From Octopus bimaculoides (lineage: Eukaryota): 64,000 bases of DNA. Within the stretch, counting starts at the first letter, position 1. Every line of letters begins with the position of its first letter. The notes under the pieces are model-generated. The model was not told where the DNA came from, did not search any database, and worked only from the letters and a program-made list of their open reading frames with translations. The translations under genes were made by a program, and so were the position numbers. Shown here one piece after another: positions 53,508 through 62,950 of this stretch. The DNA is taken from contig NC_068982.1 of assembly GCF_001194135.2 (NCBI RefSeq), positions 120,258,797 to 120,322,796 of the forward strand. Direction: 5' to 3'.

Positions 53508-56500
53508 CAAAGAGCGAGAGAGAGAGAGAAAGATCATACAAAATATCATATAAATTTTCTTATAATAAGTAAATAAATATCAATTAAAAATTATTTCACA
53601 TTATGTAAAATTTAGATTTCTTCACTTATATCTTGCAGGCGAAATACAAAAGCGAAATTATATACATTATTTTTTAAATTATATATATGTTATAATAGAC
53701 TACATTATGTATCTTTTATGTTGTATTACACCGTATTAAATTATAGTATATTACTTAAATAAATATATATTTTACATATATAATATACTTTATATTTTAT
53801 TATACTATTGCATATAAATATATTATAGTTTGGATTTTTTGGTTACATAGACTATGAAGATAAGTGGGTCTAACATAGACCCTTGGGGACTGATAGTAGG
53901 CTTGAGTGGATTCCATCGATCACAATAAGATGGTTTCTATTCACCTGGAAATACCTGATCCAGTGCAACAATTTTCTACTGGCTTCAGTGTAGGATAGCT
54001 TTTGTTGTAGGACGTTGTGGCCGACTCTTCTTGAACCGCCCTCCAAAATTCTAAGGATGTCCTCGACGTGATACGTTAGGCATTCACTGCCGCAGCGAAA
54101 GCTATGCTGCTTGGAATTTAGGAGGATGTTACCCTCTAGGAAAGTAATTATTTTTTATCTTACCATCCTTTCAAATACTCTGATGGTTGGGAAGTGAGTG
54201 AGATTGGAAGATAGTTAACTGCAAATAAACTGTTTCCTTTTTCGAAAACTGGGATAGCAGATTAAGATAAGAACTATTTGGGTTTATCACCCGAGTTTAA
54301 AGATTTTCTCCATTGTTTGATAAGAGGAGATGTAAGTTAGTGTTCGCATTCCTTCGGAATACTAGCAGAGTATCTATCATGGCCTACTGCAGAATAATAT
54401 TTCGTTTCGTTTATTGCTACAACGATGTCTGCGACACTGAAACTTATATCAGAGAAACTATGTTGTGAATTGATTTCATTGAAATATACGTAATTCTATA
54501 AACAAATATTACATTACGCAGTATATTCTCTGGATATCATGTTTTCTATTGAATATTCTACTCTATTTTCCAGATATTTGATTAACAACAAGATTAGCTC
54601 CATCGAACCAAATTCCTTCGACGCGTTGACTCAGCTACAAAATCTGTAAGCAATCACTCTTTGACCGTTTCTTACGTTCTTCAGGTTGATGAACTTTGTA
54701 CTGTTATGGTTGTTATTGATGTAGATATTTTATTCATTATTTTATAAATAGCTATTATTTTGATATCTTTGCTGACATTATACTTATTACTGTTGTTGTT
54801 GTTGTTATTATTTTGGGTATCATTATTATTGTTATTGGTGTAGTTATTGTTTGTACAGCAACTGATGAGGATGAGGATTAGGATAATGACGACGGTAACA
54901 ACGACGACGACAGTGATGAAAAAGAGAAATAGAAGGCTGTTAGTTGTTGGATGGTAGTGGTTGCCACTTTAAACCGTTTCGTTTACATTACTGAATGACT
55001 AGCATAAATTTCATAAATATATAAAAATTAACACTTCCTTCTCCAAGCCTAGATTCGAAACCGAATCTAAGAATTCTCGGTCGTCCAAACCACCACAATC
55101 AACAGGCGCGAATACAGGTTTTCTTTGTCCTGTTAAAAAGTGATTGATGATCTCCCTTTAACCTTCGACCTCATAGATGTCAAGCGAAGTTCAAATGGAC
55201 AGGAGCTGACCTATTTAGGTACAAACTCTGCTGACCTGAAGACTGCATATGTTCGTGTGTGTGTGTGTGTGTTTGTTCGTTCTTTCATCTTGAAGGGCAC
55301 GGCAAAAGATTTCTGTCTGATAGTAGCAGAGCACTGGTTCAGTCTGCGAGCATCACAGTCTCCGTCTGTCTGTGTCTGTCCTGGTGTGTTGTTGACCACT
55401 CTATTTATAAGAATCGTGGCAGCTAGAAGGACAGACATACTGCAGCAGAGTTTGTACCTAAATAGGTCAGCTCCTGTCCATTTGAACTTCGCTTGACATC
55501 TATGAGGTCGAAGGTTAAAGGGAGATCATCAATCACTTTTTGACAGGACAAAGAAAACCTGTATTCGCGCCTGTTGACTGTGGTGGTTTGGACGACCGAG
55601 AATTCTTAGATTCGGTTTCGAATCTAGGCTTGGAGAAGGAAGTGTTAATTTTTGCCAATACTTCACTCACCCCGCCTAAATTTGTTTTTACATTCATCAA
55701 AATTTAGTTTTATCACTGAATTTCTATTACTACTTACCATTCATTTAATTATCTTTCAATTAACATTATCCCTGTTATAATCGGAGGATTTGGAAATTGA
55801 TTAGTACCTCTAATATTAGGAGCTCCACACATGGCATTCCCACAAATAAATAATATGAGTTTTTGACTCTTAGCTCCTTCTCTAAGCCTATTATTATCAT
55901 CAGCTTCAGTAGAAAGAGGTGTAGGAACCGGAGGAACTATTTAGCCTCTCCTTTCAAAACAATTTAGCTTACGTAGGCTCTTCTGTTGACTTGGCTATTT
56001 TTTCACTCCATTTAGCAGGTATTTCAAAAATTCTTGGAGCTATTAATTTCATCACAACTATAATTAACATACGACTAGAAGGTATATTAATAGAACAACT
56101 CCATTTATTTATATTATCTGTTTTCATTACTGCAATTTTTTATCGTTTTTCTTCGATTACTATAATCATTAAACTGTCATTATCATTATTATCGATATTA
56201 ATAAAGCGACGTTCTGGCAGAGTTATTAGCACGCCGGCTAAAATGCTTACCGGCTTTTTTTCCAGTTCCTCTGTTCTGAGTTCAAATTCCACCGAGGTCG
56301 ACTTTGCTTTTCATCCTTCCGGAATCAAAAAACAAAGGTACTATTTGAGCACTAGGGTCGATATAATCGACTTATCCCTCCTGTCAGAATTGTTGGCTCG
56401 GCCTTATGCCAAAATTAGAAAGGATTGCTATTATCAGTAAATCACAATTAACATTTACTTTTTGTTACTCTAATCAATAAATTACAGTTACCATGAATTA

Positions 56501-59500
56501 TTCGTAACTGCTTTCGGTAAATTCCAATTACCACTTCCTATATATTACTATCTACAATAAATTGCTATTCATATTTTCTCATTTAATACTGTTATCATTA
56601 TACTTTTATCATTTGCCACGATTTACTTTTATTATCAAATTGCTATTATCTCTAACTCTCGACATTCTGTTTTTGTTTGTTATTTTTATTCGCGGTTTTA
56701 TGCATAGATTTTCCCACTCGTATTATTTTTCACGTAGATATTTTGCCGCCGCTGTGTTTCTCAGCAGTCTTCAACAATAATAATGACAGTAATTAACATC
56801 TATTTTCCTAACAGCATACACATGTCTCCAAAATAAAACTGTGTTTATCTTTTCCAGATATTGTTTGCACTGTTTGTGTCATTTAAAAAATTTTCAATAC
56901 ACATATTTAGAAATTTTCTTTTGTGTGTTTATTTACGTTTCGTGAAGTCATGGAAACCTATTTATATACAGCTGACAATCGACAGTCATATTATAGTGCA
57001 GGCAATATAAAGCATTGCATGTATTGTTTATAACTGTGCTGTAGGTGTATGATCACCATGAAAGATCACCAGAGATACTAAGTCCTGACATTTATAGTAA
57101 GATCGAAAGATTTAGAGCATTGTTCCTTCTCAACGGTGTATTGTTATTGTTGTTATTTAGCCTTGATCGAGCAGTCCTATGATCAAATGTATTTCAGTTA
57201 TGACCAACCCATCTTATTATATAGCTAGGAGTATATTGCCCAGTGTGTTCTTCTCTTTTAAATATAGTAGGGCATGAACTGAGGAACATTTGGCTACTAT
57301 TTCTTTCAAGTAGAACAACTAAGTAGAGTTTCAGGTGCTTTATTGATAACTGAAATGTTTTTAAATGTTTTTAATTCATTAGTGAATATTTTTTCTTCAC
57401 TTCTACAGAATATTGCGACAAAACAGATTTACTAAATTGGTTAACGGAATGTTCGCTGGATTAAAATCCATCCAATATCTGTAAGTACCAAAACATAAAC
57501 ATCATTATACTGCACAGAAATGAAGTGCCTTTAATTCTTAGTTGAAACCATTTCATTTTGTTTATATTGCCGCTAATATCCTTGAGAAAACCTGAATGTC
57601 AAGGCAACCCTATTCCTTTGCCAAATACTAGAAGTACAAAAGACGTTATATAGATACCTATTTTATCTTTCTACTTATCATTGACTGTGCCTAGGAATAA
57701 AGACCAGTCTCAGATGCCCTTATTTTGTGTCTTATCATGGACGCTGGCCAGGAAGCAAAACGTAAAGAAACAGCTTTCAGCAACGCAATTCACATACTTC
57801 TAAAGGAACCAAGAAGTGGGTCCCTGCATACTTGCTCCGTCTGGTGACAATTTCCCTCAGACCACTTTCTACATGTTAGAAAAGAACACATTAAATAATG
57901 AGATCATGGCTCATAGGAAAAAGACGTGATACTTGCAGTTGAAATGCTTTTGCTGATAAGATTTGCAAATCAGAAAGGATCTAACCGTAAGCAGCAACAA
58001 AAACAATTTAATTGTAAGCGAGAACAACAGTAATAAACGAGTGAATATTTGTTTTATCATTTTGGGTTGGCTTCATTTACATTTATAAAACCGTGTATCT
58101 TAACAGCAACCATAGTATAGGAGGCTTTTGAGTATTTAGCACAAAGCCATGAATTTGTGGAGGAAGCGAAAATAAGACTGTGATTTTTATACATTTATCG
58201 AGGGTAATAATGGCATAAGTGAAGCGAATTAACTATAACGTGGCGTTAAAATGATCTGGTTTTTACCTCTATCTTATTCTACTTTATATGTCATATTTTT
58301 CTATACTTTATTACTTTGCAGCTTTTCACATTTCTAACTAAGAGCTTACAGTTTAAGCAGAATTTATAAATTTCTGGACGAAATGGTTTGCAGTTTCAAA
58401 TTCCGCCAGATAGACTTTACCACGACCCCCTCCATAATTTACCATTAGTATTAACAGAATATATAAAATTATCAATGTCAATGATCTGATCCAAGGTGCA
58501 TAGCACAATATACATGTTTAGAAATCATTATTTAGTTTCACACCTTTACCTTTCCATCAATTAACCTTGTTGTTCATCCCTTTGAATTGATAAATTAAGC
58601 ATTAGTAATATACTGTGGTTCAATGTCATTGACTATACGCTGCCCTCTATATATGGGGCAATATACCGGTATACGAAATCAACAATCATCTAGCTCCTAA
58701 AAATATGATTACAAATTTCCAGTGTTCATTATCGCTAACATCTATTCTGTTATCGAAAACAAACTACTCTTTGTCATATCATTTCTACCATATACCATAT
58801 CACATTAACGTAAATACTAATAAAACCTTTTGGTACTATCGATGTTACAATGGCATCATTGGTGATGAAAGCTTCAATAATCCTTATCTTTTTATTGTGC
58901 TGCAAAAAGGAATACTACATGTAATTTCCAATGTTTCTTCCACTGCATCTTATAGGAGTATCACAAAACTAATGACTGCTTGATCAGCTAGAATGTATGA
59001 GTTAAAGCCCTCCTTAGATCTGGGACACCATAGAAACAGTCACCTTAATTTGATCAGTCCTAATTACATACTAATTTCCTCTCTCATCCATTAATCTACC
59101 CTATATCAAGTTCAGTAATACACTAAATATTTGCAGTTCGTCGTTTTGTCGTATGACTCCCCTCTGCATTCATACACGCACGCACACACACACACACACA
59201 CACATACATACACTCACAGGAACACAAAACACATGCACACACGCGCACACACACACACATACAAGTCAAAATGGAGGTTTATTTCTGTAGTCGCTCGTCC
59301 AGCTAGTAATTCCAGAGAAATCCCCCTAAGTTAGCATTATTATATAAAAGCTAAACGTAGAAAAATACAGTTCCAGATATATATCTGATAAAAGAAAGAA
59401 TGTTCGCTACAGGAACGCATTCAATCATAACTCTTCATAATTAAAACTGACCCGTGGCTAAACAATAACAAATCAGTATATCTTGTTTCTATCACCAACA

Positions 59501-61023
59501 CGGTTAGTTATTCTGTTACAAAAGCGACACATCCTTCAGAGCCAACGTAGTTGCCAAATTCTTTCTAATCTCTATAATGCTGCACGGCTTCATGCTGTCA
59601 CGAATGCTTTTAAATTCTTTGTTGTAAAGGTTGTAGCCAACATTGCTTTATATTTCTTTCCTTGCTGCAGGAATTTGGAAGAAAATCAAATTGAACACAT
59701 TGAAGAGAAATCCTTTATGTATGTTGAAAACCTAATTTCACTGTACGTAACCATTTACAATTATTTTATACACCCTGTTAAGTAGTTTTCTATGGCTACT
59801 ACAGGTCTGCACAAATTTCATCATGCTTACTCTGTGTGTACGTGTGTATTCATATACATATATAAATATATACATACATGCATACATGCATTCATACGTA
59901 TACACACGCGCGCGTGCACACACAACTACACACAAACACAGACACACAAACAAACACACATCTAGTTCATCTACGCGAGATATTTAATTACCGAAAATAT
60001 ATTTTAAAAATCGACAGTTAGTCGGTACTTTGAAACACGCATACATGTATATATGCATATATACATACGTATATATAAATATATTCAAACATATTCTTAT
60101 ACATAAACATATAGTAATGAAAGTGTTGTAAAATATATTTAAATATATTTTACGTAGTTCAAACAAAATGTGAAACTGGATTATAATACGCTAGATAGAA
60201 TGGATAGATATGTCTACTGTAAGAAAAAGTTGGCCTCCTACACAGAATTTCTCTCTGGAGTGAACTATTCAGGAGTGCGGAATGGGGAAAAATTGTTTTC
60301 AGTTTATATAAAAGTGTATTAACATTGAATGAAGGTGTTGGAGTTCGGGCAATATATGCCTTTGAAAAGTAATTTAAAGAAGTAGAAATTATAGAAAGTT
60401 ATTTTTAAAATGTAAGTATGAATGACTTGTAACATTCCGTAAAACATCCAAGATTGCACTCGATTGATTTACTTTAATAGGAAAGTTACATTATAGCAGT
60501 GGTTCTCAACTGGGAGCCAACTGTCCCTTGGGGATCTATGTAATATTTTGTTGTTAAAATTTATGAGCAATAAATTGGCTATACACAAAATATTTTAACA
60601 ATTTTTTTAATACTAATATTTAATTATAAAAATATATGATTATTTTTTAAACACTAAATGCCTCTGAGGGTCCAGTAGAGTAAAATAGGAATCAAAGGAA
60701 GTTCATAATAAATGGTTGAGAATTATTGTATTATAGGGTATAACTTTGTACAAACACCAATGGCAGGTCTAAACTGATAATTGTTTGAAAAAAGTTAAAT
60801 TTTATGACTGTGTAATTATTGAAGTAAAGAGGTCATTTTTCTGAAAAACTAAGGTTAGGTTATACTGACTTGCGTTCACAACTATTTCCACGATTAAACT
60901 ATTTTCCCTGTGAAATAAATAAAGAAAATACCTTTATATACAAACAAATGACGTTAAAATGCAAGCATTTGAAAAAAAATCCACACAGGGAAAAGTAGAT
61001 TTAAATTTGCCGTACTTAGTAAA

Positions 61024-61081
<58 letters not shown>

Positions 61082-61402
61082 CCTTGTACGTTTCGACGCA
61101 TGAGGATGTAATAGTTCGGTCAAGTACCTAATGCTCGTGTTTCTGGAAAAGTATCAAGACAGCTCGCGATTTAAAACCTACAGCAATTTTCACACATCAC
61201 TGCACAGCCAGAGTAACCTAATGATAAACTGAGCGCAAATTTATGCTTTCATCTGTTCAAATATGTGACGATGTACCAATGTTACAAATCAATACATTTT
61301 TTTTAATGCGGTATTTCAATATCAATACAGCTATCTGGCAGACAATCCCTTCAGAACGATGCCTCCGAATACATTGAAAGGTCTCATAAATTTGAAGTTC
61401 AT
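20705..61402 (+). CDS. RXFP1/2-like: Spliced 5'-partial CDS (14 exons) of an LDLa + LRR G-protein-coupled receptor ectodomain, type-C1 LGR (relaxin-family receptor RXFP1/2, Lgr3/Lgr4-like); gene continues past the window
   Basis: Exons 20705-20789, 31048-31224, 39761-39847, 41516-41612, 43998-44069, 45790-45861, 49108-49179, 49646-49717, 51806-51877, 52976-53047, 54574-54645, 57409-57480, 59671-59742 and 61331-61402 all have AG/GT boundaries, matching phases (1,1,1, then 2) and join into one open frame. Architecture is SP-LDLa-linker-LRRNT-10xLRR. The LDLa segment [17 protein letters not shown] resembles RXFP1 CSLGYFPCGNITKCLPQ (recalled sequence). The 7TM is not in the window, so GPCR status is inferred from architecture. 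Confidence 0.9.
21901..22272. mobile_element. pogo/Tigger-like element end
   Basis: Repeated (c)gcgata subterminal motifs ending gaaccgcgatatagcaagtgattaatg|ta. Confidence 0.45.
22760..23500 (-). mobile_element. Possible piggyBac transposase 3' remnant
   Basis: Decayed Cys-rich C-terminus RDCRHF...[16 protein letters not shown] and a weak N..MG motif upstream. Confidence 0.3.
23672..24039. mobile_element. hAT MITE, same family as 60497-60728 in opposite orientation
   Basis: TIRs caggggttctcaacc / cagttgagagctactg; internal ~30-bp tandem duplication (ccctttga.tactatcttattctagtg); TSD not recognisable. Confidence 0.65.
24360..24580 (+). mobile_element. SINE family B 3' half
   Basis: Same 3' core as 15480-15680. 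Confidence 0.85.
26265..26420 (+). repeat. Dispersed repeat (second, inverted copy at ~30770-30905)
   Basis: gtattagtttaacgctcgggaa..gagaaagtctttgacgtttcgagcc..cgctcttcaac matches the reverse complement of 30800-30870. Confidence 0.75.
26490..30152 (-). mobile_element. Tc1/mariner-superfamily DD41D (rosa-type) transposon, decayed and interrupted by a nested element
   Basis: Transposase pseudo-CDS about 30043 to 28964 ([14 protein letters not shown]..., TVWCAVS, NDGA-41 [31 protein letters not shown]). Inverted termini aaaacggaaacttttgaaatacc (~26503) and ggtatttcaaatgttaccgtttt (~30129). Left end TA|TAGGGTG; right end cut by a SINE. Confidence 0.85.
26598..28944 (-). mobile_element. Chapaev3-like (CMC superfamily) transposon, decayed, nested in the DD41D element
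   Basis: Pseudo-CDS about 28562 to 27022 with [47 protein letters not shown] and RFHQDI..M..R.QG...MLDDYCWSL motifs. Degenerate TIRs tactggtcagcaaa / tttgttgaccagct with TAA on both flanks. The family name comes from recalled motifs. Confidence 0.75.
30150..30360 (-). mobile_element. SINE family B 3' half, abutting the DD41D terminus
   Basis: ttacttgtttcagtca...ggccatgctgg...tcgacccaggacttattctttgtaagcctagtac. Confidence 0.85.
31048..31224 (+). CDS. Exon: LDL receptor class A module ([59 protein letters not shown])
   Basis: ttttaag|ct acceptor, tgtg|gtaagt donor, 177 nt, phase 1-1. Six Cys in LDLa spacing with the DGSDE acidic motif. Confidence 0.95.
31320..31790. repeat. ~470-bp (CAT)n/(CAC) trinucleotide array
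   Basis: Directly visible; source of the poly-Ser and poly-Met ORFs. Confidence 0.95.
32805..33358 (+). repeat. Copy 1 of a ~550-bp inverted duplication
   Basis: Reverse-complement match to 36056-36600, including a perfect 39-mer (32921-32959 vs 36450-36488). Confidence 0.9.
34675..35096 (-). mobile_element. Two tandem SINE family A copies
   Basis: Two copies of atcgaccccgaaaggatgaaaggcaaagtc.acctcg.cggaatttgaactcagaa. Confidence 0.85.
35325..35750 (-). mobile_element. SINE family B, full length
   Basis: Reverse complement of the head (cacagccacgcctgc, ~35740) and tail (tttacttgtttcaatcat, ~35340). Confidence 0.85.
36056..36600 (-). repeat. Copy 2 of the inverted duplication
   Basis: See 32805-33358; the paired ORFs both contain ...[11 protein letters not shown]... 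Confidence 0.9.
37410..39130 (-). mobile_element. hAT (hATm/hAT19-like) transposase remnant
   Basis: ORF 38637-38999 has LPTYKDVLK and SIPCV..I..KI, followed by LFDISCC.C...C.C. A weaker downstream frame [22 protein letters not shown] lies at ~37500-37640. Confidence 0.5.
39761..39847 (+). CDS. Exon: LDLa-LRR linker ([29 protein letters not shown])
   Basis: gtgtttcag|at acceptor, acag|gtaatt donor, 87 nt, phase 1-1, open frame. D-x2-W-x3-aromatic spacing parallels the RXFP1 linker motif GDxxGWxxxF. Confidence 0.85.
41516..41612 (+). CDS. Exon: LRR N-terminal cap ([33 protein letters not shown])
   Basis: tatag|at acceptor, tt|gtaagt donor, 97 nt, phase 1 to 2. CxC..C..GLxxIPxxIP LRRNT pattern. 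Confidence 0.92.
42500..42850 (-). mobile_element. RTE-clade LINE 3' remnant
   Basis: [13 protein letters not shown]...[15 protein letters not shown].....[10 protein letters not shown]. Confidence 0.7.
42925..43100 (+). mobile_element. SINE family B 3' half
   Basis: catcgcttgacaaccgat...ggcggtgctccagcatgg. Confidence 0.8.
43215..43430 (+). mobile_element. SINE family A
   Basis: Full head-core-tail match to 91-495. Confidence 0.85.
43998..44069 (+). CDS. LRR exon 1 ([24 protein letters not shown])
   Basis: 72 nt, phase 2-2, ctgcag| and |gtaagt; xLxxNxIxxLxxxxFxxxxxLxxL consensus. Confidence 0.93.
45790..45861 (+). CDS. LRR exon 2 ([24 protein letters not shown])
   Basis: 72 nt, phase 2-2, ttccag| and |gtgagt. 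Confidence 0.92.
46577..47047 (-). mobile_element. Tandem dimer of SINE family A bounded by three copies of gttgaattgataatatt
   Basis: Units ~46595-46803 and ~46822-47027; the flanking 17-mer occurs at 46577, 46806 (variant) and 47031. Confidence 0.8.
48433..48900 (+). mobile_element. SINE family B, full length
   Basis: Head, (GT)n and tail in order. Confidence 0.85.
49108..49179 (+). CDS. LRR exon 3 ([24 protein letters not shown])
   Basis: 72 nt, phase 2-2, gatcag| and |gtaagt. Confidence 0.9.
49646..49717 (+). CDS. LRR exon 4 ([24 protein letters not shown])
   Basis: 72 nt, phase 2-2, tttcag| and |gtgagt. Confidence 0.93.
49900..50946 (+). mobile_element. L1/Tx1-like LINE 3' fragment
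   Basis: RT motif [22 protein letters not shown]-terminal [13 protein letters not shown]; pyrimidine-rich 3' UTR ending aataaa before a (TAG)n run. Confidence 0.65.
50947..51013. repeat. (TAG)n microsatellite
   Basis: Directly visible, between the LINE 3' end and a SINE. Confidence 0.95.
51014..51515 (+). mobile_element. Two SINE family A copies (51014-51225, 51378-51515)
   Basis: Head and core motifs as at 91-495. Confidence 0.85.
51806..51877 (+). CDS. LRR exon 5 ([24 protein letters not shown])
   Basis: 72 nt, phase 2-2, long CT tract then catag|, donor |gtatgt. Confidence 0.93.
52976..53047 (+). CDS. LRR exon 6 ([24 protein letters not shown])
   Basis: 72 nt, phase 2-2, ttacag| and |gtaagt. 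Confidence 0.93.
53850..54400 (-). mobile_element. CR1/L2-type reverse transcriptase remnant
   Basis: NYLPISLTS and [15 protein letters not shown] motifs in decayed frames. Confidence 0.6.
54574..54645 (+). CDS. LRR exon 7 ([24 protein letters not shown])
   Basis: 72 nt, phase 2-2, ttccag| and |gtaagc. Confidence 0.93.
55032..55644. mobile_element. Young non-autonomous foldback/MITE-like DNA element: 202-bp terminal inverted repeats, CAC...GTG termini, TTAA flanks
   Basis: Arms 55032-55233 and 55443-55644 are reverse complements with 2 mismatches; 209-bp spacer; TTAA at 55028-55031 and 55645-55648. Confidence 0.85.
55765..56140 (+). pseudogene. cox1: NUMT: nuclear copy of a mitochondrial cox1 fragment
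   Basis: With the invertebrate mitochondrial code it reads PVMIGGFGNWLVPLMLGAP.MAFP.MNNMSFWLL.PSL...VESG.GTG and [28 protein letters not shown] sits at the Trp positions. An in-frame TAG at 55942-55944 and a 1-nt insertion near 55960 disable it. Confidence 0.95.
56205..56420 (+). mobile_element. SINE family A
   Basis: ctggcagagttattagcacgccggc...gagttcaaattccaccgaggtcgactttgc. Confidence 0.8.
57409..57480 (+). CDS. LRR exon 8 ([24 protein letters not shown])
   Basis: 72 nt, phase 2-2, ctacag| and |gtaagt. Confidence 0.93.
59671..59742 (+). CDS. LRR exon 9 ([24 protein letters not shown])
   Basis: 72 nt, phase 2-2, ctgcag| and |gtacgt. Confidence 0.92.
60497..60728. mobile_element. hAT (Charlie-type) MITE
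   Basis: TIRs cagtggttctcaact / ggttgagaattattg; 8-bp TSD CATTATAG / TATTATAG. Confidence 0.75.
61331..61402 (+). CDS. LRR exon 10 ([23 protein letters not shown]...)
   Basis: 72 nt, phase 2-2, atacag| and |gtaagt. Confidence 0.9.
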
Positions 61403-61599
61403 GTAAGTACTAGAATTTAACTGGCAACAATTTCAGTTCATTATATTCAGATACAATTCTTCAGATGCATTCATTTTATTGATATAAAATTATTGGTATT
61501 TCTTAATATTTTTCTTTTTGGACTGTTTAACCCATGCCTTTCATTCGTCAGGACTGGGAAAATTATCAGAGATATAGAGAAATTATGGTATACTCACGG

Positions 61600-62950
61600 T
61601 TATGATTATTATTATTGAGCTTTTCTTCTTTCAACTTTGTTACCATTTCTTGCCGAGAGTCTTCCCGACACCTAAGGTAAAGAAACTCCCTGTAAATACT
61701 GATAAGCTATGAAAATAAACACACCAGATTGTTTATTTACAAAATCAAATGAAGTCATTTATAAAAGATAAATTACTTGGATGGTAAACGTTCTCACAGC
61801 GACAGTGCTTTCCTCAATACGTCTAACAATCTTTCTCTCATCTTGCCGGAATGGTAAGACAGAGATCATTTTCAGATAATTTCCAGTTCATTTCTTCATA
61901 TATCATTCCTAGTGTTCCTACAATCACTGGTATTGTAACCGCCTTGAGATGCGACATTTTCGATTTCAATGAGAAAATCTTTTGCTTGGACTTTTTGTTG
62001 CAGTGTTTCTTTTGCTGAAAGCAGTTCTTCTCTTGGCGAGAATCTATATTTTCTCTTCATCTTACTTCCTTTTCTGTCTTTTTACATTGTTTCTACAGAT
62101 TAGTTCATATAATATTGATATTTCACCTCTCATTATTTCAATCTCTTTTCCAGTTTGGAATTCTTCTCAGGTTAGTATTTCTTTGTTTTTGCAGGGCATA
62201 CAACTGGTTTCAATTTTCTTAGCAGCTGCGTAAATAATTTCATTTAATTCAGTGAGATCTGGTTTTAGTTCTTGTATAGTTTCCTTTGTTATATAGTTAG
62301 TTTAATTTTTTTTCTATTTTGGATTGTATTTGAAAGCTTATGAAGTGGCTCTGTATCATGCATATCAGTGTATCTTACAAATGCAAGCTTATTCAGGATT
62401 TTCTGCTTCAGTTCTATCATAGACTCTCAGTGTTCCTCAGTAAGTGTGTTGTCTTCAAATATTGTTTCTCTACCACTTTCCCCGCTATCTTTATCAGGTT
62501 CGTTACAATTTATTTCTCCAGACGTTTGCGTGCTCCGGTCAGATTGCAGTCTTTCAATTGAGACTTGTGGAGAGTTGCTCTCTTCGTCTGGTTCTTCATT
62601 TCTTTGTTGTCTTATATTTAGGTCATTTTCCACTGCGCACTTGATTGCAGTTATTTCACTATCTGTGAGTCTTTTATTTCTGAGGATATCCCTCCTAACA
62701 TTTGCTAACTTGTTTTTGTCCAAATACAGTTTGCTGTCTTGATTTCGTGTTCGCCATATTTTAGTGTGTTTCTCTTCAGATGGCCTTCCTAATGCATAGA
62801 AATAGGCGCATATTAATTCTGTATACTCTTCTCAGGTTCATTTGATCGTCTTGCATTTTTCTTTCTGTGGTAGGTGTGGTGGTAGACTTCAAGGGCTTGA
62901 GTTGGGGCAGTTCCCGTTCAAGTGACCATCCAGGTTTGTATTCAGAGAAG
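61600..62950 (-). mobile_element. Dong/R4-like ORF N-terminal remnant
   Basis: DKNKLANVRRDILRNKRLTDSEI (ORF 62427-62723), typical of R4/Dong N-termini; K/E-rich downstream frames with stops. Confidence 0.55.

Noticed and set aside
55991-56440. 149-aa ORF with membrane-protein character
   Set aside because: A chimera of the cox1 NUMT and an adjacent SINE read in the standard code.
56858-56935. ttttccag|atat acceptor resembling that of LRR exon 7, a possible extra or alternative LRR exon
   Set aside because: The translation (YCLHCLCHL...) lacks the LxxN consensus and there is no GT donor at +72.
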